From positions 32,468 to 96,467 of the forward strand of contig CAZCUX010000029.1 in assembly GCA_964502005.1 (NCBI GenBank): a stretch of DNA of 64,000 nt, read 5' to 3'. The stretch comes from an uncultured Enterobacterales bacterium. GTDB lineage: Bacteria; Myxococcota_A; UBA796; UBA2385. The notes under the pieces are model-generated. The model was not told the DNA's origin. It was given only the letters and a program-made list of their open reading frames with translations, and did no database searches. Every line of letters starts with the position of its first letter. Position 1 is the first letter of the stretch. Below, piece after piece: positions 8,537 to 17,294 of this stretch. A program made the translations under genes and the position numbers.

Positions 8537-8581
8537 ATGTTGATTTTTCTCCCGTCTCTCGTCTCCAAAAGACCGTAAAAA

Positions 8582-9100
8582 TCAGTGGTTTGTGCCTTCC
8601 CGATACCAAACGTCAAAGAACGTCAGTTCTACGGCTGGCTCCGCACAGAAATACATCGTTGCAATTCCGTATGACCCCAACTCGCCGCCTTCGGTCTGCT
8701 CTACCCAAATTTGCTCTGGTTCGGGGAAAAAGAACGCGCCGCCGTCGTCCACCCAGTTTTCAAGATTGGGCGAGGTGCCCACGATGAATTCCCAGCCATT
8801 GACGGGACCCCCTTCGTTTTTCAGGCGAAGCTCCATACACGCGCCGCCGTCCCACACACTGGTTTGGGCCCAGTAGAGTTTGAAGCCGTTGGCGACGAGG
8901 ATGCCGCGACCGGAGCCGACGGGAGTGCTACCACCACCTTCCGAAGAGCCGTCTCCCGATTCCGTTTGCTCCGCGCCCAATCCCGAGCCGAGGCCCGACG
9001 CAGATCCCTCCACGCCGGTGTCGGTCTCCGAATTGGCCATGTAGCAACCCGTTGCCAAAAAAAGCGGCATCAGCCATTGAATTTGGGTTCCAAGGGACAT
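8582..9100 (-). CDS. Lipoprotein with a CBM2-like (carbohydrate-binding) domain
   Basis: Lipobox LFLATGC. A Gly/Ser/Glu-rich linker precedes a beta-sandwich-like C-terminus with conserved Trp and NGW motifs (LYWAQTSVWDGGACMELRL..VNGWEF). Start placed at the internal MSLG. Confidence 0.5.
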   Translation of the reverse strand: MSLGTQIQWLMPLFLATGCYMANSETDTGVEGSASGLGSGLGAEQTESGDGSSEGGGSTPVGSGRGILVANGFKLYWAQTSVWDGGACMELRLKNEGGPVNGWEFIVGTSPNLENWVDDGGAFFFPEPEQIWVEQTEGGELGSYGIATMYFCAEPAVELTFFDVWYREGTNH

Positions 9101-9403
9101 TGCGTGTTCTCCGGGGCGGAAATGCGGGGTGGTGCGAGGGGGCATTCGTTTTGACGATAGACCAGAGATGGACGGAATTCCACTCGGTTGATGCGTTTGC
9201 AGAACCGCGCGGACCTACAACCATCTTTCACGGTCATCGGAAAATCGCTCACGGGAGATGATAGCCGGATGGCACTCGATTGGACAGCCCCCCAACTTGG
9301 GCGTGTCGACATGAATGTCTGCTTTGTCGGGTTTCGTGTCGTCTACTGCCCTTTCACGGAAGCGTCACCCGTCGACGTACCTCCCCGGAGATAGCCGGCC
9401 GCC

Positions 9404-10111
9404 ATGGAAGACCTCATTCTCATCGTCGATGACGAGCCAGATCTGGTCGCTGCCCTCACGTTCGCACTGCGGCGTGAGGGATTCCGCACTCGTTCCGCGA
9501 GCGATGGTGCGTCGGCGCTGCGTGGTGCCAACGGCGACCCTTTGCCCGACTTGGTCCTTCTTGACCTCATGTTGCCGGATATGCAGGGCACCGAAGTGTG
9601 CCGCCGCCTCAAGAGCGATCCCGTGACGGCCGACATTCCCGTCATCATGCTCACCGCGCGTGCCGAGGAGATCGACCGCGTGGTTGGCTTTGAGGTGGGT
9701 GCCGACGATTATGTGCCCAAGCCGTTTTCGACTCGCGAGCTCGTGCTGCGTGTGCGTGCGGTGTTGCGGCGGGCGCGCGGTCGTGAAGACACGCGGGAAA
9801 TGGTCACTTTTGGCGTGCTGAAGGTCGACGAAGCCGGTCATCAGGTGTGGGTTGACGGCGAAGAAGCGGTGATTACCGCGCTCGAATTCCGGCTCCTGAG
9901 CTTGTTCCTCAATCGTCGCGGCCGCGCCCTCACGCGCGAGGCTCTGCTCGACGAAGTGTGGGGCCAAAGCACCGCCGTCACCGTGCGAACGGTCGACACC
10001 CACGTCAAGCGTCTCCGCCAAAAACTGCGCGCGGCGGGGGATTACATTCAGACCATTCGCGGTGTGGGCTACAAATTTGCCGCTACCCCCGACGGGCCGT
10101 CCCCCGGATGA
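9404..10111 (+). CDS. phoB: OmpR/PhoB-family response regulator (PhoB-like)
   Basis: The receiver domain (DDEPD...D...K) and winged helix align closely with E. coli PhoB, e.g. MLTARAEEIDRVVGFEVGADDYVPKPFSTRELVLRVRAVLRR and IQTIRGVGYKF. Its stop overlaps the downstream kinase start (ATGA at 10108-10111). Confidence 0.85.
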   Translation: MEDLILIVDDEPDLVAALTFALRREGFRTRSASDGASALRGANGDPLPDLVLLDLMLPDMQGTEVCRRLKSDPVTADIPVIMLTARAEEIDRVVGFEVGADDYVPKPFSTRELVLRVRAVLRRARGREDTREMVTFGVLKVDEAGHQVWVDGEEAVITALEFRLLSLFLNRRGRALTREALLDEVWGQSTAVTVRTVDTHVKRLRQKLRAAGDYIQTIRGVGYKFAATPDGPSPG

Positions 10112-12003
10112 ACACCGAACCGCCGTTTGGGATGTTTTGGCCCACACGGGGCGGGTTTCGAACCCGGCTCCTGAGCATCTCGTTTTTTTTGCTGGTGCTC
10201 TTTTCCTTGTGCAGCGTGGGCTGGATTGAAGTCTCGCTCCGGCCTGCGATGGAGCGACGCGCCGTCGACGACCTCCTGCACAACGCCGCGACCACCCGCA
10301 TGGTGCTCGCCGAGGTCGCCGACCGTGAGCTGCATCGCTCTACCGCGCTCGATGAGACCATCTCCGCGCTGTCGACCCACGCCGGAATCCGTCTCACGCT
10401 CATCAATGCAAACGGTGAAGTGGTCGCCGATTCCGAACCCATCGATCCCATTGCCCAACAAAATCTCCAAGTGCGAGACCGGCCAGAAATTCAGGCGGTC
10501 TTGAACCCATCGGTGGCCGAGTACGGCGCCGCACGCCGCACGCCGCCCCAAGTCGACCGCGAGATGTTGTTTGTGGCCGTGCGCTTTCCCGACGCATCCC
10601 AGGGGCCGGGCGTCTTGCGGGTCGCAATGCCCGCCGAGCGCGCCGACTCGCCAGTTTGGTCCATTTATAAGCTGTTGGCCGTCGCACTCGCCGCGGGTCT
10701 CGCTGTCATGTTGATGATGACAGGTCTCGCGTCTTCGATGATGAGCCGCGATGTCGAGGCGCTCCTGCAACACACCGCGGCGCTCGCCAACGGCGAACCC
10801 CTCGCGCCGCTCCATATGCGGTCCAGCGTAGAGCTTGCGGGCATCGCCGGCACCATCGACCAAATCTCGCAAGAGACCCAACGCGCAATCCGTGCGTTGG
10901 CGGACGAGCGGCGGCGCTCTGCGGCCGTCTTGAAGACCATGCGCGAAGGATTGCTTTCCGTCGATGGCGAAGGGAAGCTCACGCTCGTCAATCCGGCGGG
11001 AACTTCGCTCATCGGGCTCACCGCAGACCACCTCGGGCAATCTATCGACGAAGCCTGCGGTCACCCCGTCATCGTCGACCTGATTCGCTCCGCGCGGCGC
11101 GATGGGCACGCCATCGGCGAGTTGTCGCTGTCCGATGGCACCGAGGTCGACGGCGAAGGGCCGCGCGTCATCCAAGCGTGGGCGCGGGTGGGCGAAGAGG
11201 GCGATTGTGTCGTGTCACTGCACGAAATTACGCATATTCGCCGTCTGGAGACCATCCGGCGCGATTTCGTGGCCAACGTCTCCCACGAACTACGAACGCC
11301 CGTCAGCATCGTGCAAGCGAGCGCCGAAGCCTTGCAAGATGGCGCCATCGACGACCCCCGCTACGCCGCACAATTCATCGACGCAATCTTGCGAAACACC
11401 GAACGGCTGCGTCTTTTGACCGAGGATATCCTCCAGCTTTCCCGCATTGAAGCCGGACACATTGGGGTCGACCTCGAAGCGGTCTACATCGACGGCGTCG
11501 TTGCGGATGTGGCCGACATTTTGAGCCCACGCGCCACCACCCGCCGCCAAACCATCACCACCGATGTCCCCGACGACATCGAGGTCCTGGCCGACGCAGG
11601 CGGGCTAGAACAAGTCCTCGTCAACCTCCTCGAAAACGCCATGAAGTACACACCCGAAGGTGGGCACATCGCGATTACCGTAGAACGGCGTGAGGGCGCA
11701 CGAATTCGACTGCGGGTCACCGACAATGGGCCGGGCATTCCCGCCGCGCATCGGTCCCGCTTGTTTGAGCGTTTCTACCGGGTCGACCCTGGCCGTTCGC
11801 GGGCCATTGGCGGCACGGGCCTGGGCCTCGCTATCGTCAAGCATTTGGCAGAAGCGATGGGCGGAAGTGTGGGAATGGAGCCGAATCGGCCGTCTGGGTC
11901 GGTGTTTTGGATTGAGTTGGCCGAGGCGCCGCCGGCCGAGCCGGTCGCAGAAGACCTCGAAGTCACGGCCACCGGCGAACCCAGTCCGGTTGTGGCAGGA
12001 TAG
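10108..12003 (+). CDS. phoR: Sensor histidine kinase, PhoR-like (TM, HAMP, PAS, HisKA, HATPase)
   Basis: H-box HELRTPVSIVQASAEAL, plus N, G1 (DNGPGIP) and G2 (GGTGLGLAIV) boxes, with two TM segments near the N-terminus. Coupled to the PhoB-like gene. Confidence 0.85.
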   Translation: MNTEPPFGMFWPTRGGFRTRLLSISFFLLVLFSLCSVGWIEVSLRPAMERRAVDDLLHNAATTRMVLAEVADRELHRSTALDETISALSTHAGIRLTLINANGEVVADSEPIDPIAQQNLQVRDRPEIQAVLNPSVAEYGAARRTPPQVDREMLFVAVRFPDASQGPGVLRVAMPAERADSPVWSIYKLLAVALAAGLAVMLMMTGLASSMMSRDVEALLQHTAALANGEPLAPLHMRSSVELAGIAGTIDQISQETQRAIRALADERRRSAAVLKTMREGLLSVDGEGKLTLVNPAGTSLIGLTADHLGQSIDEACGHPVIVDLIRSARRDGHAIGELSLSDGTEVDGEGPRVIQAWARVGEEGDCVVSLHEITHIRRLETIRRDFVANVSHELRTPVSIVQASAEALQDGAIDDPRYAAQFIDAILRNTERLRLLTEDILQLSRIEAGHIGVDLEAVYIDGVVADVADILSPRATTRRQTITTDVPDDIEVLADAGGLEQVLVNLLENAMKYTPEGGHIAITVERREGARIRLRVTDNGPGIPAAHRSRLFERFYRVDPGRSRAIGGTGLGLAIVKHLAEAMGGSVGMEPNRPSGSVFWIELAEAPPAEPVAEDLEVTATGEPSPVVAG

Positions 12004-12036
12004 ATTACCCGCCTATTTTTTCCCTGGAAATCCACC

Positions 12037-12978
12037 ATGCGCTTGTTGTTGCTGTCTTGTCTTTCGTTGTGGGTGGGATGTGCCGGTGCGTCCAAAAACG
12101 ACGGTACAGGCGCCACAAGCAGCTCCACCGCTGGCGAGGGAGAAGGGGAAGGCAGCGTTGACGCCGATGGCGACGGTGTTTCCGCAGGCGACGACTGCGA
12201 CGATAACGATAGCAACGTGTTCCCCGGTGCGCCGGAGCTGTGTGATGGCATCGACAATGATTGTGATGGCGCGCCCCACAGCGAAGAAGCCGATGACGAC
12301 GGCGATGGCGTCGCAGATTGTATGGCCTGTGCCGATGCCGGCTATTGGAATGCGCTGCGAGACGGCCTGACCGGCGAGGAGCTTCGGGCAGAGCTGTCCC
12401 AAAACCCTGACCCCACCTGCGATTACAGCCAGTCGAAGCGTGCGATTTACCAGAGCTTTGATTTGGAGTCCGGCAACGTTGTGACCTGCGTGTATACCGG
12501 CGACCAGGTGGCCATCGTCGGCGGCGGTCCCGAAGACGACGCCATGAACATCGAGCACACTTGGCCGCGCAGCGAAGGCGCCGAATCGGAGCCCGCATTG
12601 TGCGATGTGCACCACCTTTACCCCACCATGGTCGATGCAAACTCCGAGCGCGGCAGCAACCCCCTCGGCGAAGTGACAGGCACGGTCTATTGGAGTCGCG
12701 GAGGCTCTTCGCTTGGCCGTGACAGCGGCGGCACGACGGTCTTCGAGCCTCGCGACGCCCACAAGGGAAATGCTGCGCGCTCTATGTTGTATGTGTGGAC
12801 CCAATACGGCTACGCACCCTCGGCTGCGGAAAAAGACATGTACGCGGCCTGGAATGCCCTCGACCCCGTCGCTACGCGCGACGTCGAGCGCGATGCGGCC
12901 ACCAGCCGTTACCAATTCAACCACAATCCCTTTGTGGTGTGTCCCGCCTTCGCAGAACGTTTGTTGAATGCCCGCTGA
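12037..12978 (+). CDS. Secreted lipoprotein, extracellular endonuclease I (EndA/Vvn) family
   Basis: Lipobox LWVGCAG and an Asp/Cys-rich MopE-like linker (DADGDGVSAGDDCDDND...CDGIDNDCDG). Endonuclease-I motifs NIEHTWPRS and CDVHHLYP...N.ERGSNP. The stop TGA (12976-12978) lies inside the CTGAATCGCGATTCAG palindrome. Confidence 0.7.
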   Translation: MRLLLLSCLSLWVGCAGASKNDGTGATSSSTAGEGEGEGSVDADGDGVSAGDDCDDNDSNVFPGAPELCDGIDNDCDGAPHSEEADDDGDGVADCMACADAGYWNALRDGLTGEELRAELSQNPDPTCDYSQSKRAIYQSFDLESGNVVTCVYTGDQVAIVGGGPEDDAMNIEHTWPRSEGAESEPALCDVHHLYPTMVDANSERGSNPLGEVTGTVYWSRGGSSLGRDSGGTTVFEPRDAHKGNAARSMLYVWTQYGYAPSAAEKDMYAAWNALDPVATRDVERDAATSRYQFNHNPFVVCPAFAERLLNAR

Positions 12979-14269
12979 ATCGCGATTCAGTGGTTGGAAG
13001 CGCAGGAAATACCTGGGTTTTCTTGCTGGCTTGGATAACGCTGGACATTGTGTACTTTTTGTGGTATTGTTCGGATGTTCCTCGTCGACGGGCAAGCTGC
13101 CGGTGGCATCGTTGTTTGCGTCGTCCAGCGAGGCTGGTTCGACCTACGAAACGGTCACCGAAGAGAGCCCCTCGCCAACCGAAGACAGCGCCGCCATCGA
13201 CGGCTTGCCCGAAGACCCGCCATGGCCCACCGACGGCGATGGTGTGGATGCAGGCGGCGACATGGACTGCCCCGACCTTCTGACGCCGTGCAATCACGCC
13301 GTTCGACTGGCTGTGCGCGACGAAGCGGGTGCATTCTGGCCGATGGACGGCCCTCTCGCAATCCGTGCGAGTGTCCCCGATGTGATGATTGTAGACCACG
13401 GCGTTCTCGACGGTCGCCATTGGCGCTCGCTGTGGCTGACTTGGGTGGATGTCGACCCTTCCCATATTCCGGCGGAAGCCAACGCCGAAAACATCCTTAC
13501 TACGGCTGTGTTGGCCTTTCCCGATGATTTGGTGACCAACGCCGCGGCCTTTTTGGACCTATTGCACGGTGCCGGGCCCTACGATTGGGTGCGTCAACGA
13601 ACCGACACCTGGAAACAAGGGTACCGCATCGTCGACCCTGACCGGGAGGTCTTCTCCGACGGCGACACCGTCCAGCACGCGCTTCTCGTTATCGACCTTG
13701 ACTTGGAGAGCGCGCCGGAGTCCGTGCAAAACCACTTTTATGTGCTCACCTCCAACGATGGCTTTTCGTTTGAACGGGGCGCAGAGCTCGTCTCTGACCG
13801 CATTGGCACCGACCCCGATTGCTACCCGCTCGGGTCCGCCGACTTCCCTGCGCCCGACCAGTACCCGTCCGTGTTGCCCTTCTCACAATCGTTGGCCGGC
13901 GATGGCCGCTGGGCCTGCAATGTCGCGGGCTACCAACAATTCACGCGCTACGAAGGCACGTTGGCCCGGCAAGCGGAGACCGGCGAAGGCGCGCGGGGCA
14001 TCACCGTCACATCGACCACGATTGTCGATGGCGTGCGGCATGTATGGGGCCACGTCGACGCCGACCCCCCAACTACCGCGGGCCAGGTGGACTTTGTACA
14101 CACCATCGCCTACGACGATGGCTCCTACGCGCCTGTCGACCTTGTGGTCGATGCCGACGACCTTCCAGGCGGCGAGCATGGCATCCATGCGCCAACGCTG
14201 CTGCGGATTGGTTCCGGCATCGAATTGCTCGTCTACCACACACTGTTGGAGCCGCCGGGTGTCCACTGA
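12968..14269 (+). CDS. Hypothetical lipoprotein
   Basis: The n-region KRRK plus LFVVLFGC lipobox is followed by an acidic Pro-rich linker. It overlaps the nuclease gene by 11 nt, and its TGA stop (14267-14269) is again inside the palindrome. Confidence 0.5.
   Translation: MPAESRFSGWKRRKYLGFLAGLDNAGHCVLFVVLFGCSSSTGKLPVASLFASSSEAGSTYETVTEESPSPTEDSAAIDGLPEDPPWPTDGDGVDAGGDMDCPDLLTPCNHAVRLAVRDEAGAFWPMDGPLAIRASVPDVMIVDHGVLDGRHWRSLWLTWVDVDPSHIPAEANAENILTTAVLAFPDDLVTNAAAFLDLLHGAGPYDWVRQRTDTWKQGYRIVDPDREVFSDGDTVQHALLVIDLDLESAPESVQNHFYVLTSNDGFSFERGAELVSDRIGTDPDCYPLGSADFPAPDQYPSVLPFSQSLAGDGRWACNVAGYQQFTRYEGTLARQAETGEGARGITVTSTTIVDGVRHVWGHVDADPPTTAGQVDFVHTIAYDDGSYAPVDLVVDADDLPGGEHGIHAPTLLRIGSGIELLVYHTLLEPPGVH
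12975..12990. repeat. Palindromic element copy CTGAATCGCGATTCAG (perfect 16-mer)
   Basis: Contains the nuclease stop TGA (12976-12978) and codons 3-8 of the next gene. Confidence 0.9.
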
Positions 14270-14281
14270 ATCGCCATTCAG
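14266..14281. repeat. Palindromic element copy CTGAATCGCCATTCAG
   Basis: Contains the lipoprotein stop TGA (14267-14269). Confidence 0.9.
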
Positions 14282-14291
14282 TCGGGCAACC

Positions 14292-14744
14292 GTGCTTCCG
14301 TTGGTCGCGGTGGGCTTAGGTTGGGCTGCGTTGTGTTGGCAACTCTCCAACGCCGGCCACCAGCCGCGTGGCCCGACGCCCTTGCCCGATTGGTATCGGG
14401 TGCAGGCGTTGTTGGTGCCGGTTTTGGTGCCGGCCTTGGGCATCTTCGCCGGGTGGTTGGCGCGGCGCGTGACGGGCGGGACGGAGCGCCTCGCTGCGGA
14501 GGTCGCGCGTTCTATCGCGTGGCCGCTTGGCGCCTTTGTTTTCGTCGATGCGCTCACCTATACACTGGGAGGGTTCGCGGCGTTGGCGCCCGTGTTTTTG
14601 GTGGCCGGACCCTTGGCCGTCTTGGCGGCGATGGGCAGCGCCGGTCGTGCGGTGGCCGCACATTCTGCCCATACCCGTCCTTACGTCGTCGGCGCGGTTT
14701 CTGTGGTGTTGGCGCTCGGCTTGGGGGCACCGCTTTTGCGCTGA
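14292..14744 (+). CDS. Small polytopic membrane protein (about 4 TM helices)
   Basis: Only the 3' part of long ORF 13569-14744 is hydrophobic and protein-like. A GTG start at 14292 is assumed; the upstream part of that ORF is a frame artefact. Confidence 0.3.
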   Translation: MLPLVAVGLGWAALCWQLSNAGHQPRGPTPLPDWYRVQALLVPVLVPALGIFAGWLARRVTGGTERLAAEVARSIAWPLGAFVFVDALTYTLGGFAALAPVFLVAGPLAVLAAMGSAGRAVAAHSAHTRPYVVGAVSVVLALGLGAPLLR

Positions 14745-14762
14745 ACGGGGTATGTCGCCCGT

Positions 14763-16001
14763 ATGCCTGTGTTGAGTGACCTCCACGACATCGTCATCGT
14801 TGGCGGCGGACCCGCGGGGCTCGTTGCGGCGGCGGCCCTCGTTCGACAAGCGCCCCACCTGCGGAAGCGCGTGATGGTGGTGGAAAAAACGCCGTATCCG
14901 CGTGAGAAAATCTGTGCAGGCGCCGTGGGCGACCGAGGCTGGCGCTACCTCGAACAACTCGACATCGCGCCCGAGGTGCCGCATGTGCGCATCGATGGCA
15001 TCAGTGTGTGCAGCACTGAAGGGCACCATATGGTGCGACCGGGCGCCATCGGTCGGGTGGTGCGTCGGGTCGAGCATGACGCTGCCTTGGCCGACCGCGT
15101 GCGCGCGCTGGGGGTAAATGTGGTGGACGGCGTGCGGGTTACGCAGCTGGTCGACCATGGGGACCATGTCGATGTCGAGACCAGCGCGGGCAGCCTACGC
15201 GCGAACGTTGTGGTGGGTGCCGACGGCGTCGGGAGCCTTGTCCGGCGAAATATGGGCCTGCACGCCGGCGACCTGCGGGCAATGGCACTTGAAGTCGACA
15301 CTCCGCCCATTGCCACCGATTTGCCGCGCGACATCATTCACTTCGACGCGTCCGACCGGCGGTATGCTGGCTACATCTGGGACTTCCCGAGCATCGTCGA
15401 CGGACAAGAGGTCGTCTGCCGCGGCATTTACGTATTGCGGGCACGGGCCGGCTTGTTCGCCGACGTTCCCCCCGACGACCACCTCGACCTCGAAGCCCTC
15501 CTCGCGGAATACCTCGCCGAGCGCGACCTCGATTTGTCTGCCGTACGACGCAAGCGATTTGCCGAGCGCGGCTACGTTATCGGCGACACCGTCGTAGATG
15601 GACGCCGAATGCTCATCGGCGAAGCTGCGGGCATCGACCCCATCAGCGGCGAGGGAATCGCGCAGGCCATCGAGTCGGGCGCGCGGGCGGGCGCATTCCT
15701 CGCTGCTTGGGACGGCACTACGCGTGGTTTGTCCGCCTGGACCCGCACGGCACGCCGCTCGCGCCTTGGACGCGACCTGTGGGTGCGAAGCCGGGGTGTG
15801 CCGTGGTTTTATGGACAGCATCGGGACCGGCTGGAGCGCGGGTTTGCCCATGCACAGGCGCTTTTGGAAGCGGGGGCCTTGCACTGGGGTGGACGCACAC
15901 CGTCGCTCGGAATGCTTGTGCAGGGTGCGACAAAGGCTATGGCGGGCGCACTTCGGGCGGCACCAAGCCAAGCTGCCCGCAGCCCCAACCGCAGCCCGTG
16001 A
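14763..16001 (+). CDS. FAD-dependent oxidoreductase, geranylgeranyl-reductase-like
   Basis: N-terminal Rossmann dinucleotide motif IVIVGGGPAGLVAAAAL..VMVVEK and a second GADG motif (VVVGADGVGSLVRR). Confidence 0.75.
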   Translation: MPVLSDLHDIVIVGGGPAGLVAAAALVRQAPHLRKRVMVVEKTPYPREKICAGAVGDRGWRYLEQLDIAPEVPHVRIDGISVCSTEGHHMVRPGAIGRVVRRVEHDAALADRVRALGVNVVDGVRVTQLVDHGDHVDVETSAGSLRANVVVGADGVGSLVRRNMGLHAGDLRAMALEVDTPPIATDLPRDIIHFDASDRRYAGYIWDFPSIVDGQEVVCRGIYVLRARAGLFADVPPDDHLDLEALLAEYLAERDLDLSAVRRKRFAERGYVIGDTVVDGRRMLIGEAAGIDPISGEGIAQAIESGARAGAFLAAWDGTTRGLSAWTRTARRSRLGRDLWVRSRGVPWFYGQHRDRLERGFAHAQALLEAGALHWGGRTPSLGMLVQGATKAMAGALRAAPSQAARSPNRSP

Positions 16002-17203
16002 ACGACCGCACGCTTTTGTGGGTCAGCGTCGTCGTTGTGGTCGGATTGCACCTTCCCGGCCTCGCGGCGGGGCCCCTCGCCGATGACCCTTTGCGTTGGG
16101 TAGAGGCTTGGACCGACGGGAGCGCGACGCTGCGCTGGTTTACGCAGCCCTTCCCGGACACGCCGGGGCCACTGCCCGAAGCATTCAGCCCAAAGCTCTA
16201 CCGGCCGATATGGCACCTTTCGTTTTATTTGGACGTTGTGCTCTTTGGCGCGCCGCGCGGGTTTGCGCCCTTGCTCGGCCCGCGGTTGGAGAGCCTGTGT
16301 TTGCACGTGCTCAACGTATGGCTGTTGGGGCGACTGCTTCGGAGGCACTTCCCCGATGCCCCGTGGAGCCTCGTAGCGGCTCTCTACGCGGTGCATCCGC
16401 TCCTCGTTGAGCCGACAGCCTGGGTGAGCGCGCGGTGCGGTCTGCTGGCCACCACGGGCCTGCTGTGGGCCGGCGTCGCGCGGCACCCGGTCGCGGTGGT
16501 GGGGGCGGTGATGCTTGCCGCGCTGTCGAAAGAAACGGGTCTCGTGGCGCCGTTTTTGCTCGCGGTCTGGTTGCCCGCCGAAACGCCCGGCCGAACCCGG
16601 AACGTAGCGTTGGCGACGGCGGTGGTTATCGGTGTGTTGGGTGTGCGCACCGTGATTTTGGGCACGCCCCTCGGGGGCTATGCCGACACCCTGCCCCTTG
16701 CCTCGGGAGCATGGTGGACCGGTTTGCGGGGACACATCAGCTTTCTCGTTGTGCCCGTGCCGCTGACGGTCGTGGGCGGGTGGACGCGCGTTGTTTTGGG
16801 AATGCTTGTGCTTCCGTTGCTCGCGGTTGGGTTTCGCAAAGGACAGGGACGCGTGGTAGCATGGCTGTTGGTCGCGCTCTTGCCCACTCTGTCTCTGTTC
16901 GCGCGTCCGTTGGATGGCCTCGATGCGCGCTTCCTCGCGGACGCGGTGCCGCCGGTTGTAGTGGCCCTGGTGATGGGCATACAAAGCGTGCCCGGCCGTT
17001 GGGCGGCGGTGCTGGGAGGAATCATTTGGCTTGGCTTGGTGGGCGCAGCAGCGGAGCGGGCGGACGCATTTCGAGAGGCCGCGATGCGCATCGAAACGGC
17101 ACGGGAGCAGCCGGTTCCGGTGCTTCCCGCGACGCAACGAGGGGTCCATTTGAATGCCAACTTATGGCCTGCGCTGTCCGAAGCGCCTTGGGCAGACAAA
17201 TGA
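15998..17203 (+). CDS. Polytopic membrane protein of the GT-C / DUF1736 (TMTC/PMT-like) family
   Basis: A YRPIWHLSFYLD motif and multiple TM helices. The GTG start overlaps the upstream stop (GTGA). The TGA stop (17201-17203) is embedded in the TGAATGGCGATTCA palindrome. Confidence 0.55.
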   Translation: MNDRTLLWVSVVVVVGLHLPGLAAGPLADDPLRWVEAWTDGSATLRWFTQPFPDTPGPLPEAFSPKLYRPIWHLSFYLDVVLFGAPRGFAPLLGPRLESLCLHVLNVWLLGRLLRRHFPDAPWSLVAALYAVHPLLVEPTAWVSARCGLLATTGLLWAGVARHPVAVVGAVMLAALSKETGLVAPFLLAVWLPAETPGRTRNVALATAVVIGVLGVRTVILGTPLGGYADTLPLASGAWWTGLRGHISFLVVPVPLTVVGGWTRVVLGMLVLPLLAVGFRKGQGRVVAWLLVALLPTLSLFARPLDGLDARFLADAVPPVVVALVMGIQSVPGRWAAVLGGIIWLGLVGAAAERADAFREAAMRIETAREQPVPVLPATQRGVHLNANLWPALSEAPWADK

Positions 17204-17215
17204 ATGGCGATTCAG
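17200..17215. repeat. Palindromic element copy aTGAATGGCGATTCAg
   Basis: Contains the GT-C membrane protein stop TGA (17201-17203). Confidence 0.9.
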
Positions 17216-17294
17216 TCGGACGGCTCGAAGCCGTTGCCCCCAAGGTGCCGCGGTTTTACGCCGTGTCCGCCAGATGCAGCCACGGCGCAGACGC

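Noticed and set aside
6667-8616. N-terminal 57-aa extension of the recN ORF (start at 8616)
   Set aside because: The canonical RecN N-terminus (MSLQLLRIRNL...) begins at the internal Met at 8445, and the upstream extension has no RecN counterpart.
9146-9403. Pho-box-like direct repeats (TCAC..N7..TCAC) upstream of the PhoB-like regulator
   Set aside because: Only loose 4-bp repeats with no match to a defined 18-bp pho box. This cannot be distinguished from chance without comparative data.
10140-10165. tRNA-like T-arm sequence GGGTTTCGAACCCGG
   Set aside because: It lies inside the PhoR-like kinase reading frame (coding RGGFRTRL), and no acceptor or anticodon arms could be built around it. 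No tRNA was found anywhere in the window.
13569-14744. 391-aa ORF spanning the lipoprotein gene and the following small membrane protein
   Set aside because: The first ~240 codons are an alternative frame of the 12968-14269 lipoprotein gene (Ser/Thr/Pro-rich artefact). Only the hydrophobic 3' portion after 14292 is kept as a low-confidence gene.
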